Of a DNA stretch of 64,000 nt, positions 25,640 through 41,298 are shown one piece after another. The notes under the pieces are model-generated. The model saw only the letters and a list, made by a program, of their open reading frames with translations. It was not told the origin of the DNA and did no database searches. The stretch lies in the NCBI GenBank assembly GCA_951406725.2, contig OX597834.1:7068001-7132000 (forward strand), given 5' to 3'. Position numbers and translations under genes: made by a program. This DNA comes from Octopus vulgaris (taxonomy: Eukaryota). Each line of letters opens with the position of its first letter. Within the stretch, counting starts at the first letter, position 1.

Positions 25640-26029
25640 CCACAGGAGTGGCTGTGTGGTAAGTAGCTTGTTTACTAACCACATGGTTCCAGGTTCACTC
25701 CCACTGCGTGGCACCTTGGGCAAGTGTCTTCTATAGCTCGGGCCGACCAAAGCCTTGTGAGTATGTATATATATATATGTGTGTGTATGTGTGTGTGTAT
25801 GAGTGTGTGTGTGTGTATGTGTTTGTGTGTCTGTGTTTGTCCCCCTAGCATTGCTTGACAACAGATGCTGTGTGTTACTTACACATGTGGTTAGATTGCT
25901 TACGAACCACATGGTTCTGGGTTCAGTCCCACTGCGTAGGAGCTTGGGCAAGTGTCTTCTACTATAGCCTCGGGCCGACCAAGGCCTTGTCAGTGGATTT
26001 GGTGGACGGAAACTGAAAGAAACCCATCG

Positions 26030-26064
<35 letters not shown>

Positions 26065-26285
26065 ATATGTTTGTGAGTCTGTGTTTGTCCCCCCCCAACA
26101 TCGCTTGACAACCGATGCTGGCGTGTTTACGTCCCCGTAACTTAGCGGTTCGGCTAAAGAGAGCGATAGAATAAGTACTGGGCTTACAAAGAATAAGACC
26201 CGGGGTCGACTTGCTCGATTAAAAGGCGGTGCTCCAGCATGGCCGCAGTCAAATGACTGAAACAAGTAAAAGAGAGTAAAGGAGT
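25640..26285 (+). mobile_element. Two tandem SINE-A copies (partial plus near full length)
   Basis: Heads at ~25640 and ~25885. Confidence 0.85.
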
Positions 26286-26584
26286 ATAACATTGACACTG
26301 GTCCTCTGAAACGAAATTCCCGTATTCATTTGCGCTTTACCTGCATGGAGGCGCTGGTGTATCTCATACCAGACGTGAAATATGCATACATTTGAGCACA
26401 AGGAACATTTAAAGGAAGAGTGAGAAACACACACAAAGCTATTCATATCAATCTCAGTTTTTACGAACTTTTCTTTTCCTTCCAGCGTGCTTTTACTGTC
26501 AATCTCCAAATCTTTAACACCGCTCCAAATCATAGCACGTCAAATTTCCCTGTAAATTTATTTGCCTATATATATATATATATA

Positions 26585-26921
26585 TCTATATAAACGGCAG
26601 TTTGTCTGTGCGTGTTTCTGTGTGTCTGTTTGCTTGTACCCTCACCCTGACCACTGCTTTCAACCGATTCTGATTTAGAAACTTGACACAACGATAGCCC
26701 AATGTCATAATTCAAAACTAACGTCACAAGAAATTTTGAAAAGTTCCCCGGTAGTTCTGAAAAAATCGATAAAATTATGACATGGGGTCGAGAATCAGGA
26801 AACACAAACCGCAAACTGTCTAGGGGACGCAACTCCACCTTTTTAACTAAAAAAAAAATTACCATCATTTTTTTCCAGTTATTTCCCTTACAAACCTGAG
26901 CAACGCCGGGCGATACTGCTA

Positions 26922-26922
<1 letters not shown>
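26585..26922 (+). mobile_element. Non-autonomous Helitron, second subfamily (same 3' end, different 5' part)
   Basis: TC start in (TA)n; ends TTATTTCCCTTACAAACCTGAGCAACGCCGGGCGATACTGCTAG|T. Confidence 0.75.
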
Positions 26923-26971
<49 letters not shown>

Positions 26972-27138
26972 TTGTACACAAGTGTTTATCTCCTGAATAT
27001 ATTTAGTTGTATGTATGTAAACATATCTCTCTATACATCTACGTGTACCTATTGCTACCCTTCCCTCTCTATCTCTCTCGATATATATATATATACATTA
27101 TATATATATATACATATATATACAAACATATATATATG

Positions 27139-27204
<66 letters not shown>

Positions 27205-27556
27205 CAACCTGTGTGTCACGCAGAGGATTGAAGCGGCACTTGAACATTCATAATAAACAGGAGGAAAATGGAAGAAATACTGAAATGAAACATTGCTACA
27301 TTATTCGTTGTCAGCTCTTAAAATGCTTTTCGGGGCTCATAAAATCATTTGAGATTTCACTCTAGGAAAGCACAGTAGAAGAAGAGCACAGTCACCATAT
27401 TAATGCAAGAAGCAGACAGCCATAATATTAATATCTGTTTGTATGTGTAAAAACATAAATATAGCTCACACTCTCAAGCAAGTTGGACATGGCAGCGTAT
27501 GATACACTTAGGGAAATTGGTTTTGTTGCCTATGTAGTTCCATGTTTGTTCAAGAG

Positions 27557-27757
27557 CAGTGGTTTTCAAACAGGGTTCCGCCAGTACAGTCCAGGGGTTC
27601 CACAAGAAGTTACAAAACTGCTAAAATCGGCAGTAATTTTTAATTCTCCTGTGCAGATATGTGTGCAAAAGACTATTAGATTATTGCAGAGGAATTCCTC
27701 GAGCCAGTGGAATGTTTCCTTGGGGTTCCGCTCCAGCAAAAAGTTTGAAAAGCACTG
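27557..27757. mobile_element. hAT-like MITE
   Basis: TIRs CAGTGGTTTTCAAAC / GTTTGAAAAGCACTG; 8-bp TSD TTCAAGAG / TTCTAGAG. Confidence 0.8.
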
Positions 27758-28983
27758 TTCTAGAGTGTTCGTAGTAAAAGAATATGAACTCACCTTGTGT
27801 TCATTTTCCCCCGTGCGGACTGGAGTAACATCAAACGAACTCCTTTACTCTAAACTATAATACGATACACTGCCTGATCTACATATTGAACCTGCGACCT
27901 GAACTCTTACACTTTTGACCACACGCTTTCGCTTTCTTTTCATGTGTAGTTACATAAATATCTTTCAAACATTAATTGGAGGACCACGCAAAACAATTAA
28001 GTAAAATATCAGATGTATTTTTGCAGCGAGAAATTTGACAGATATTTCGGAGATAAAGATGAAGGTTTATAGGATGGAGATGGGAAGAGTGAGAAAAAAA
28101 TCTTCAAAGTCAAAACATGCAAAAATAATATTTCTATTTAAAATTCAAGTCTGAAATTGTCGATAACTGTAGACAGATAGAGAAGTATCTGTTGTATTAC
28201 TGCATCGTTCTATACATTCCAAATTCATACACTAAAGTTAATAGATGTTTATGTACTTATCACAATACATGCGTTTTAATTTCAACTACTGTTAGTAGTC
28301 AATTCTCGTTTTCTCACTCTAATTTTAATCCTTCCTGTCCTATTGTTAATATATTTCTCCAGCTCCTTATAATCCGTATACGAAAATATCATTATTTTAG
28401 ATTTGTATCCAGTCTCCATTCACATATTGTATTTACAGCTTTTGAAATTCGCTGAATAGGGAATAGCTGATTATTACGATTGCAGATGAATAGACTTGAA
28501 CGAATTCAGAAGTTGTTAAATTTCTCAAAGAATTATACAGTAAGAAATAAGAAGACTAAAGCTAAGTACCAAACCATTGTCGCGGGGAAAACTATTAGAA
28601 ACCAAAGAGAAAATGCATAAATTGAAATACTGAATAGGTGTGCGTTTGTCTGTGTTGATTGAGGACAGGTGCGCGAATGCAAGGGTTAATAATATATGAA
28701 TGAAAACTAATAAGTGAATTTAGAACTCAACAGAAGAATAAAATTAAGTATCTATTAACGTATATAAACGTATGTATTTGTATATGTGTGTGTGTATGTA
28801 TATAAAAATATATCTATCTATATAGATACGCTCAGGTGTATAGATATGTCTACGTGTGAATGTGTAGCTATCTGAATAATAAGACCTCATTAAACTAAAT
28901 ATGACATTCCGTGGACATTATATATGTGTGTATGAATGCGTGTATCTATGTATATATGCATGTGAGTATACATACGTACGTAC

Positions 28984-29027
<44 letters not shown>

Positions 29028-29287
29028 ACGAATTTAAAGAAATATAAAGCAGAGTGTTGATAGATATCCTAAATGATAAAGTATTTGATATATTAATATA
29101 CTACTTTATGCATCAATAGTTCAGAAAACACAGTAATGAACGAATCAATAAAGATATACACTCACAATGTTAATTTAACATTTAATAATATATAATTATA
29201 TGTGTGACTGTATAACAGTTTATATGCATCTATAGATATATGTATATGTAAACATACAGATATGCAAGTATATATTTGAGTACATAT

Positions 29288-29345
<58 letters not shown>

Positions 29346-29572
29346 CACATGTTTATATATATATGTACACACACACATATATAATATATATACTGTAAAT
29401 AGACGCATACAATAAGAGATGGCAGCGACATTTGAAATAGAGTAAAATTAGTTCAACTTGAAAGAAATACATCAAACTATTTTAGAAAGTTATTATTTAA
29501 GATCTGTTAAGTGATCATATCCAATTAAATTGCCTGATCATACAACCTCGTGTGTGTGTGTGTGTGTGTATG

Positions 29573-29654
<82 letters not shown>

Positions 29655-29820
29655 GTACATATATATATACATACATGAGTATATATTTACATAAATATGT
29701 ATATGCATATATATAGATATATATATATGTGTGTGTGTGTGTGTGTATATGTATATATATTGGGGTGGTTGTATTTCTATAATTGTATTACTGATGTGGA
29801 TGAAGTTATAAAGTTTAAAC

Positions 29821-29849
29821 AATATAATAATAATGGTAATAATAATAAC

Positions 29850-29893
<44 letters not shown>

Positions 29894-29949
29894 TAATAAT
29901 AATAATAATAATAATAATGATGATGATGATGATGATGATAATAATGATG

Positions 29950-30000
<51 letters not shown>

Positions 30001-30030
30001 GTAATAATAATAATAATAATGATGATGATG

Positions 30031-30106
<76 letters not shown>

Positions 30107-30126
30107 TGACCATCATCATCATCATC
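29821..30126. repeat. (AAT/GAT)n microsatellite
   Basis: Directly visible. Confidence 0.97.
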
Positions 30127-30135
30127 AAAAGTATA

Positions 30136-30349
30136 AAGACGGTGAGCTGTCAGAATCGTTAGCACGCCGGACGAAATACTTAGCGGTATTTTGTCCGTCC
30201 CTACGTTCTGAGTTCAAATTCCGCCGAGGTCGACTTTACCCTTCATCCTTTCAGGGTCGATAATATAAGTACCAGTTGAACACTGGGGTCGATCTTATCG
30301 GCTCATCCCCCACCGCCAAAGTCGCTGCGCTGGCGCTAAAATTTGAAAC

Positions 30350-30350
<1 letters not shown>
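30136..30350 (+). mobile_element. SINE-B variant with TTTGAAACC(ATT)n tail
   Basis: Head and Meta-like core; similar copies at ~34966, 46585, 56855, 57083. Confidence 0.8.
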
Positions 30351-30429
<79 letters not shown>

Positions 30430-30480
30430 TATTATTATTATATTATTATTTTAATTATTATTATTATTATTATTATTATT

Positions 30481-31038
30481 GAGTGAGAGAGCAGTGCATG
30501 CCATCAAAGTGACACTGGGGTAAAATATACGAAGCCCAATATACCCATCATGACTACCCGTCTGATAAAGGTACACCAGGCATATGCATCACAACCATAT
30601 GTGCGCGACATGGTGATCTCATATCAAGATAAACCGCACATGACCTTGCAGGTGGGGCCCAGTTAGAATTTTCTTCAGGTTGAGTAGCCCATCCCGCTCA
30701 AAAGGTCTCTGAATAAGGGTTGTTTGAAGGATGTTGAAAGAACCACCCATGTTTCCAGAGGTGAACTTATTCAAACACCAAAGAATCCCTCTCAACACAT
30801 GGCTATGATGCTCCGCCACTACTTGTGCTCGTGATCAGAGATGCACATATCGTCAGCCACTAAGGGACATGCTCAACTGGTTAAGGTCAAATAACTGACA
30901 AGCAAATCTGTGGTATTGAGCAGAATATTTGCTGTAGCCCATCTTTTATACCAAGACAAAACAATGTACATGATAACACTTCCAATCAGTTAAAGATCAG
31001 AAGCCATGAGAGCCACTGCCTGGTACTGCATCAGGGCA

Positions 31039-31039
<1 letters not shown>
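30481..31039. mobile_element. Family F ~560-bp element embedded in (ATT)n
   Basis: Near-identical copies at 34374-34930, 52993-53506, 62979-63504 (inverted). Confidence 0.9.
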
Positions 31040-31620
<581 letters not shown>

Positions 31621-31777
31621 AATGATATCCACATAATTTCAACGGTCATTCATTTTCGTTGCTACTGAATTAATGCACGCACCATTCTTCGTTGATGTGA
31701 ATTAAATGGAAATTTATTATAAAACATAACGGTGAAATAATGAGACTGGTAATAAACAGAATCACAATCGTCACTAG

Positions 31778-31778
<1 letters not shown>

Positions 31779-31825
<47 letters not shown>

Positions 31826-32007
31826 AATTATCATCATTATTATCATCAACAACAGCATCACCATCATCACAATCAACAGCATCATCATCATCATCATCAT
31901 CATCTTCGTCACCATCATCATCATCATCTTCGTCACCATCATCATCTTCGTCACCATCATCATCGTCACCATCATCATCGTCATCACCATCATCTTCGTC
32001 ACCATCG

Positions 32008-32049
<42 letters not shown>

Positions 32050-32428
32050 CCATCATCATCATCGTCATCGTCATCATCATCATCTTCGTTACCATCATCA
32101 TCTTCGTCACCATCATCATCGTCACCATCATCATCGTCACCATCATCATCTTCGTCATCATCATCATCATCATCATCATCATCTTCGTCACCATCATCAT
32201 CTTCGTCACCATCATCTTCGTCACCATCATCATCATCATCATCATCTTCGTCACCATCATCATCTTCGTCACCATCATCATCGTCACCATCATCATCTTC
32301 GTCACCGTCATCATCATCATCATCATCATCTTCATCATCATCACCATCATCATCACCATCATCTTCGACACCATCATCATCATCATCATCATCTTCGTCA
32401 CCGTCATCATCATCATCATCATCATCAT

Positions 32429-32459
<31 letters not shown>

Positions 32460-32690
32460 TTCGTCACCGTCATCAACTTCGTCACCATCATCATCGTCAC
32501 CATCATCATCGTCACCATCATCATCGTCATCATCATCATCTATCCTCATCATCGTCAACACCATCCTCATAATCTTCACAGTTGTCGATATTATCATCAT
32601 CATCATTTTAATCATCGTCATCATCACCATCATCATCGTCGTCACAATCACCACCATCATCATCACCATCATCACCACCATCATCATTAT
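31779..32690. repeat. (CAT)n array with higher-order unit CATCATCATCTTCGTCAC
   Basis: Recurrent CTTCGTCAC and CGTCAC variants in phase. Confidence 0.95.
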
Positions 32691-33084
32691 CAAGTCCTAA
32701 TTGAAAGAAGAATTATAATAACAACGTTGTTTGAACTAAAATGCATCAAAGGTCTTTCTGTTGGAAATAATATGAAGAACTCCATGAAATATCTATTTAT
32801 TGTGCGACTTATTGGAGAGTATCTTTCATTTCATTTTGTGTCATTTAACTTTGATTCCTCTCTTATATATTTTTTCCTCTTTCATTTTCTTCTTTCTGGT
32901 TTTTAAACATTTCATAATTGGTATTTAATTATTTACTTAAGAATAACATCGCAATTACAATTTTGGAGTCTATCACACACATCCCACACATCCAAACATA
33001 TACATTCTCGTATATTCACACACGTTTGTATGTTTGTGTAACTATATAAACTTATAAATAAATAAATGTATGCGTGTGGTGCGA

Positions 33085-33340
33085 AGTTGTGTGGCCTGGT
33101 GGTTAAACCGTTGCGCTCACAGTCACTAGATCGTGGGTTCGATTACCTGTGTGGGCGGTGCATTGTGTTCTTGAGCAAAACTCTTCATTTCACGCTGTTC
33201 CAGTCCCCTTTCGATCATAGGAGAACGTTGGCCTGCTCGGCTAGCCAGCGGGATGATGTCATTTGAAGGCTAAAACAAATCATTGTGACCGGCGATGTGT
33301 AGCAACATCCGAGAGCCTGGTCGGTAACATGATCACGTGT
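33085..33340 (+). mobile_element. tRNA-derived SINE-D (CORE-like block) with tail type 4
   Basis: TGGCCTGGTGG A box, GGTTCGATT B box, TTGTGTTCTTGAGCAAAAC block; tail shared with 56543-56660. Confidence 0.75.
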
Positions 33341-33388
33341 GTGATATATGAACCTATGTGCCATATATATTATACACGTACATGTATA

Positions 33389-33419
<31 letters not shown>

Positions 33420-34319
33420 ATCTGCGTGTGAATATTCTTTTACTTCCCTTTATTAAAATTTTAGAGTAATTTTTGACCTACCACCTACTTGGTAGCAAGG
33501 TTGTAATCTTATAATTCTGTTTGACAATGCGTTACTTAACCCGTCAGTAACGTTTTCACGTTGTTAAAGAAAATGAAGAAAGAAAAGAGAGCGAGAAAAA
33601 GAGGGAGTGAAAAGCATTCATGACGTGAAGTAGGGGGAACGTAAAATTTATTACGGGGTTAAAAAAGTTAATTGAAGTTAGAGGCGGGGAGTTAAAAATA
33701 AAATCTTAGCAGAGGTGTGTTGTTCTGATGGTGAGCTTAAAGAAAGATAGAGAGGGAGGAGAGAGGAAGGAGAGAGAGGGAGCGAGTAAGTAGAGAGAAA
33801 GATAGTGGTGATGGTGGTGTGGTGGGGTTATAGTGGAGGAGGGCGTGGTGCAGGTAGCGGTGGTAATTGCATGGTGAAAGTATATTCATTTTTGATTGAA
33901 CTAAGTTATATTACCCATCACTTAACGCATGCGTATAGATGCAATTTCGTGAAATATTCACGCTTATTTACATGGCAGGTAAGGGCAATTTAACTAGATG
34001 TTGTCTCATATGTAGGGGATATTTTTTGTCTATGGGAGAAATGGAAAAATAAGAGTGAATATTTATTTTAAGAGTGCTGTGTATTTAGTCTATAAAATTG
34101 TGCATAAAATGTATAAAGTGGATATATAAAATGCAATTAAATTATCATCGTATTCCAATTTCGTTCGCTTTTCAATGAGTATCAGATGAGCGATTGTCTT
34201 CCCATATAGACACAACACAGGACACGCTTTCAGGTTTTTTTGGATAAAGCTTTCAGAAATAACCCAATAAGTTTACCATTAATTCCGTGAAATATTCACG
34301 GGTCCCGCTAGTATTTCAA

Positions 34320-34373
<54 letters not shown>

Positions 34374-34374
<1 letters not shown>

Positions 34375-34930
34375 GAGTGAGAGAGCAGTGCATGCCATCA
34401 AAGTGACACTGGGGTAAAATATACGAAGCCCAATATACCCATCATGACTACCCGTCTGATAAGGGTACACCAGGCACATGCATCACAACCATATGTGCGC
34501 GACATGGTGATCTCATATCAAGATAAACAGCACATGACCTTGCAGGTGGGGCCCAGTTAGAATTTTCTTCAGTTTGAGTAGCCCATCCCGCTCAAAAGGT
34601 CCCTGAATAAGGGTTGTTTAAGGATGTTGAAAGAACCACCCATGTTTCCAGAGGTGAATTATTCAAACCCCAAAGAATCCCTCTCAACACATGGCTATGA
34701 TGCTCCGCCACTACTTGTGCTCGTGATCAGAGATGCACATATCGTCAGCCACTAAGGGACATGCTCAACTGGTTAAGGTCAAACAACTGACAAGCAAATC
34801 TGTGGTATTGAGCAGAATATTTGCTGTAGCCCATCTTTTATACCAAGACAAAACAATGTACATGATAACACTTCCAATCAGTTAAGATCAGAAGCCATGA
34901 GAGCCACTGCCTGGTACTGCATCAGGGCAT
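34374..34930. mobile_element. Family F element
   Basis: Full-length copy between (ATT)n tracts. Confidence 0.9.
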
Positions 34931-35198
34931 TATTATTATCATTATTATTATTATTATTATTATTAAAGTAGCGAGCCGGCAGAATCGTCAGCACGCCAGG
35001 CAAAATGTTTAACGGTATTTCGTCTGTCTTCATGTTGTGAGTTCAAATTCCGCCGAGGCTGACCTTACCGTTCATCCTTTCGAGGACGATAAAATAATAA
35101 TAATGATGGTTTCAAATTTTGCTTCAAGAGCAGCAATTTTTTTTGGGGGGGGGGTGAGTCAATTACATCGAACCCAGTAGCATAACATTACCTTAACC

Positions 35199-35274
<76 letters not shown>

Positions 35275-35331
35275 CGTCACACACACATATATATATACAT
35301 ATACATACATACATACATGCATACATACATA

Positions 35332-35390
<59 letters not shown>

Positions 35391-35517
35391 ACACACAATT
35401 TAATGTACACAGAAATTATACATGATCAACTTTACGTTTCATGGGGGAAATAATTGGATGGTGTGCATACATACATACGCACACACACACACACACACAC
35501 ACACACTGTGTATGTGT

Positions 35518-35592
<75 letters not shown>

Positions 35593-35814
35593 TATTTGTG
35601 TAGTCGAGCGGTTTCTCTTGTGCTAATTATGACTAAGAAATTCGTGATATTACAATTTCACGCTATCAAAAGAAGTTTTCATTCCTTGATAGAGGAAGCA
35701 GACGAATAAATTTGTGGTGAGTTAATTAAATATTGTTATTATTAGAAGCTGGGGTGTTAATTGGAGGTAACTACCCTGCTGCTTTTGAAGGTGAATTGAT
35801 TATATTTAGATTTA

Positions 35815-38045
35815 AAATTTATATATTTATGAATTAAAAATTTACAAAGTGCGAAGTTGTTTATATATTCATATTCAGGCGTAGTTGATATTTTATAGTA
35901 AATGTAGTTTCTATATTTAACCGTTTTTGTACAGTAGTTTGTTTCCTTCCATTGATAAATAGGGACAAATTCTGAAGTTTGGTTGGAGATTCCACGCACA
36001 TCTTCCTATGTGTTTGATCAGTGGTATTTGCTATATCTTAGAAAACGGATTTGTTCCTTATTCAGCGTTGCTTTCTGTCTGAGGGACATTCTTGTTTGAC
36101 CTATAAAACAGTGTGTCTACATACTCAACAAGTTATCACATAACTAAAATTTTCAGATGCATAGGTAATTTCGGTGTTAATTCTGAAACTTTGCCCTTGT
36201 TCAATCTGGAATTCCAAACCTTCCAGTAGGATGGGTCGTGTTCCACTGTTATGTCGCCCGAATCTTTTAACTCTTGGCTCCATTCTTGTTGGGAGTAATT
36301 TCGCACCTGTCAGTGTTCTCTGGTGATTTTTGGTTGTTTTTTTTTTACTTTTGATGAATTTGCATGTGCGTAGAATTTGGTTCATCTTAGGGTCTCTGGT
36401 GAGTATAAGTAAATTTTAAATAATAACCCGACAACCCTAGAAGCTTCATCGCTTCTAGGGTTGTAGGTAGAAATATAGGATAGTATTTTAAAATCGAGTG
36501 TGTTATTTCGTTTTATTTTCCTTAGTGTTTGGATATCAATTCTCTTTGCTCGTTTTATCCCACAGTCTTTTAGTGAGTTCATGAAGTCGTAGGTCCCGGC
36601 TCTTTGCATCAGACACTATTGTGCAAACCCTTTTCACTAAACTGAAGTGAATATTTATTTTAATGTGTTGTGGCAGGCATGAGTTAAGTGGTGGGTATTG
36701 CAGCATTACAATAGATGTCAGTTTTATTAGAATATCAAGAACTGGAAGATTTCCTTTCTTGTATTCCATTGTAAACTAAAAGTCAATAGTTTTACCACTC
36801 AGCAGTGTTTTAAATTCGAATAGTTTATTAATACTTTCATTCCAAAGGACAAAGTGTCCAAATATCTTTTCCAGTTCTCCTTTACATATTGATAAAATGA
36901 ACGAACACATTCTTGTAGTGATTTTTGATATATAGTTAATTATAAATACCCCCATTACTAGGTTTGCAAGAACTGGAGCTCCTTGTGTTCCCATTGCAAT
37001 TCCACATTGTTGTTGGTAGTTATTGGTATCAAACAAGAAGTAATTGTTCTGGACGATAAATTTTAATGCTTCAATTATAAATTCCTTTATGTGCTCTGGT
37101 AGTTCTACTGGATAGTTTTCCAATCAGAAATTTATTGTTTCTATTCCATAGTTGTGTGGGATATCAGTATACAAGTTCACAACATCGAAGGATACCATGA
37201 CTGGCTCCTCCTTGATTGTTTTGGGGTGATGGTTTAGCGTATCTAGATCATCTCTAACGATATATCTTAGAAGGGGTTTCAGTAGGATGTCAATAAAATT
37301 GCTTAAGCAGTGGGTTTCATATGATGGGTCAGCTAATATGTATCTTAGCTCTAAATCGCGTGGTGCTTGGACATTTTTGTATATGTCTGGTGATTGTTTG
37401 CAGGCTTCGTTGATTATGTGGCTCTTGAGGGTTTTGGTAAACCCTAAAAAAGATTAGGTTTAAATCTAAAATTCGTGATATCGTCGATTTCTTTGTCTGT
37501 CAGACATTTATTTTGTACGTGAAGTAAGAATGAGAGATTTTTCATTCTTTTCTGTTGTTCAAATTCTTCATCTTTGTCGTAGCAGGAACCGGGTTTTTGC
37601 ATGGACATTGCTAGGTCTCTGTAGTGTTCTGTGTCCATCAGAACTACAGCACTCCCTTTATCGGCTTCTTTAATTGTCAATTAGTTATAATTTTGCAATT
37701 CAATTGAGTTTTTTTTTCCATTCAGTAATGGTGATTTTTGAGTTAATTCTTTGTTTGTGAAAGGAATTATAAGGGAAATTCAGAATACGATCACAAAATT
37801 CATCAAATGTTTTATTCCTATCTTTAGGTGGAAGATAAAAGCTTTTGTTTTTATCAGGTAAACCATTGTAATTGTAGTTCAGTAGTGCTTCTGTAAGTCG
37901 CAATTTTCTACAAATTTCCGTAATATTGTCTTTGATTCTTTCTGATTAGACTTGAGTGGAACCGGTGTGAATTTTTTGTCCTTTTGTCACTATGTTGATT
38001 TTTGCTATTGAAAATGTTTTCTTTGATAAGTTTATAACTTTGGGT
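35815..38045 (-). pseudogene. Decayed Penelope-like retroelement ORF (reverse transcriptase plus GIY-YIG endonuclease)
   Basis: Collinear fragments: VINLS..KG, TIKEADKGSAVVLMD, YQQQCGIAMG..APVLANL.MG, LPVLDI, YISTYNP, YVITC..C, FIGQT; many frameshifts and stops. Confidence 0.92.
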
Positions 38046-38214
38046 TTCTCTTGTACGTTTTGTTCCAACGTGTGTCCCTATTTATCTGGAATTGGTAAAA
38101 AAAAAAAAAGAAACGTTTGTTGTAATTACGTTCATGTAAATTATCAATGTTACTAAATATATATTTGAATTTTTAGAAAACTAGTTTTGATGTCTAAATA
38201 TATTATTCTTTTCT

Positions 38215-38615
38215 TTTATTTCTTTCACTTGATTCAGTCATTTGACTGCGGCCATGCTGGAGCACCGCCTTTAATCGAGCAACTCGACCCTGGGACTTAT
38301 TCTTTGTAAGCCCAGTACTTATTCTATCGGTCCTTTTTGCCGAACCGCTAAGTGACGGGGACATAAACACACCAGCATCGATTGTCAAGCAATGCTAGGG
38401 GGACAAACACAGACACACATACGCATATATATATATATATATACATATATACGACAGGCCTCTTTCAGTTTCCGTCTACCAAATCCACTCACAAGGCATT
38501 GGTCGGCCCGGGGCTATAGCAGAAGACACTTGCCCAAGATGCCACGCAGTGGGACTGAACCCGGAACCATGTGGTTGGTTAGCAAGCTACTTACCACACA
38601 GCCACTCCTGCGTCT
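38215..38615 (-). mobile_element. SINE-A
   Basis: Full-length family match. Confidence 0.9.
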
Positions 38616-39324
38616 ATGTGTATTTACATGTTCCGAGTTCTTTCCTTGAGCGTTTAACGTATTCCCCCGCGTGTTACTCGTTGCTGGAGAAAAACTGATA
38701 TTCCTAACGCTGGGATGATTCATTCTAGTCTTTCTAATTTGTGAATGGCTCCTATGGTTTAAAAGTGATTGACTTCCAAGTGTGATATTGGTTTCGATTT
38801 ATTGTGTTCTTGTATATCTTTACTTTGATCTCATTGATTGTTTAGACATTTCCGTGTAGGTTTTCATTCTGGATTTCTTCAAAAAAGGGTTATTGGGGCC
38901 GTGTTCTCTTTCGAACTGGGATTCGTAATTAAGGAAAAACATAACGTTTTTTTCCCCAACTGTTAAAGAGAATTTATTTCTTCAGATACCCTGGTCTCTT
39001 TCCATAGTTTGAGAAAAAATATATATACACGTATATATCCATCTATATCTATCAGACTATATATATATATACCACCGCTTCACCATCGGTGTTGGTGTGT
39101 TTAAGTACCCCTAACTTAACTGTTCGGCAAAAAAGACAGAATAAGTACCAGCCTTAAAGAAAAGTACTGGGGTACATTCATACGAATAAATATTCTTCAA
39201 GGGGGTGCCCCAGCATGACCGCGATTTAATGACTAAAACAAGTAAAAGGTAAACGAAAAATGATACATACAGACACCCCATACACTCACACACACACACA
39301 TACACACACACACATATATATATA

Positions 39325-39481
39325 TTCTCTCCCTGTTTATTTCTGTGTTCCTTTATGAGGAAGAGCGTAGGCTTGAAACGAAAAAAACTTTCTCAATTCC
39401 TGATCGTTAAACTTAATATATCTGTTTGTTGTTTACACACCCCTCTTCGTCTCTTGTTGTTTGTTTTTTTGTAAATTCTCA

Positions 39482-39485
<4 letters not shown>
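39325..39485 (+). mobile_element. Family A element with degraded hammerhead motif
   Basis: CTTTATGAGGAAGAGCGTAGGCTTGAAACG. Confidence 0.7.
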
Positions 39486-39525
<40 letters not shown>

Positions 39526-39601
39526 TTGTGTGAATTAGAGTTGCAAGATTCCTGACAGAAAGTCATGTTTTGGAACTGATATTTCGGGACGGTCATGTTG
39601 C

Positions 39602-39897
39602 TTTTGCCAAATAAACACACGCAGTATATATTCTTTCTTCAAGTCATGTCCGTTGTCCGGAAATCTTTCGTTACACATCTGTGACCACTTCAGCGACACT
39701 TTCCGTCTTCGTGTATGCTCATGCTCTACGTATTACATGGAATAAGCAGAGCAAGAACGCACACGAAGACGGAAAGTGTCGCAGATGTGGTCACAGATGT
39801 GTGACGGAAGATTTCCGGACAATGGACTTGAATTACAATAAGAACAATAATAAACGAGTGAAGAACGAATATATAGTACTTGAATTTATTTGGCAAA
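39602..39897. repeat. Diverged fold-back element
   Basis: Arms ~39602-39727 and ~39748-39897. Confidence 0.8.
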
Positions 39898-39929
39898 TAC
39901 AATATATACATATACATAATATGCATATG

Positions 39930-39978
<49 letters not shown>

Positions 39979-40024
39979 GATCACACGGTTACGTACATAT
40001 ATATATACATACAAACAAACATAC

Positions 40025-40096
<72 letters not shown>

Positions 40097-40281
40097 TATA
40101 TACATATATATATACATATATACATATATATATATATGAAAATCCCGCTAGAATGGGAGAAAGTGCTAATACATGATCTAAGTTATATGATTTATAAAAA
40201 ATGTAATATACAAATAAATATCAGTAAATATAAACCATCCGATTTTCTGAGTACCTCATTTCTTCTAATCTATATTCATAT

Positions 40282-40319
<38 letters not shown>

Positions 40320-40323
40320 ACAC

Positions 40324-40397
<74 letters not shown>

Positions 40398-40495
40398 TAT
40401 TCAAATATATACATATACAGATATACATACATACACACACACACACATATATATATATTTATTCATATATATACAATATACAGATATACATACAA

Positions 40496-40531
<36 letters not shown>

Positions 40532-41022
40532 GCATAAAGAGAGAGAGAGTGAGTGAGGGAGAAAGAGAGAGAGAGAAACATATAGACAGAGAGAAATGAA
40601 AAAAAAGAGACAGAGACAGATAGTCAGTGTGAGTGAAAGCGAAAGCAAGCGAATGAGAAAGGTGGAGTAGAAACAGAAATGGTATCTTTAACTCCATTGT
40701 TGAGACTAAGTGTTTTGATTGTATTGTTTAGTGTCCTTCGCTCTGCTACTTGTATGATTACTTTAAATGTTTCTGTTACGGTCATTGTGTGTAATTATTA
40801 GATCGATGTGTAATATCAATGTTTGATTTCGTTATTGTTTCATTTTGTGTTTGGATTTCTTTGTTTCTATCAAAATGATGATGATGATGATGATGACGAC
40901 GACAGCGGTGATGAGGATGATGGTGATGATGATGCTCGACTTTCTCATTGAGATTTTGTTGTTCAAGTTGTTCCTCGAAGAGTTGGTCAAACATTCTATT
41001 ACATTCTTTTTATTTATTTATA

Positions 41023-41298
<276 letters not shown>

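Noticed and set aside
30500-30560. Possible twister or HDV-like fold at the family F end
   Set aside because: Only a short CTGGG/CCCA pairing; required pseudoknots not found
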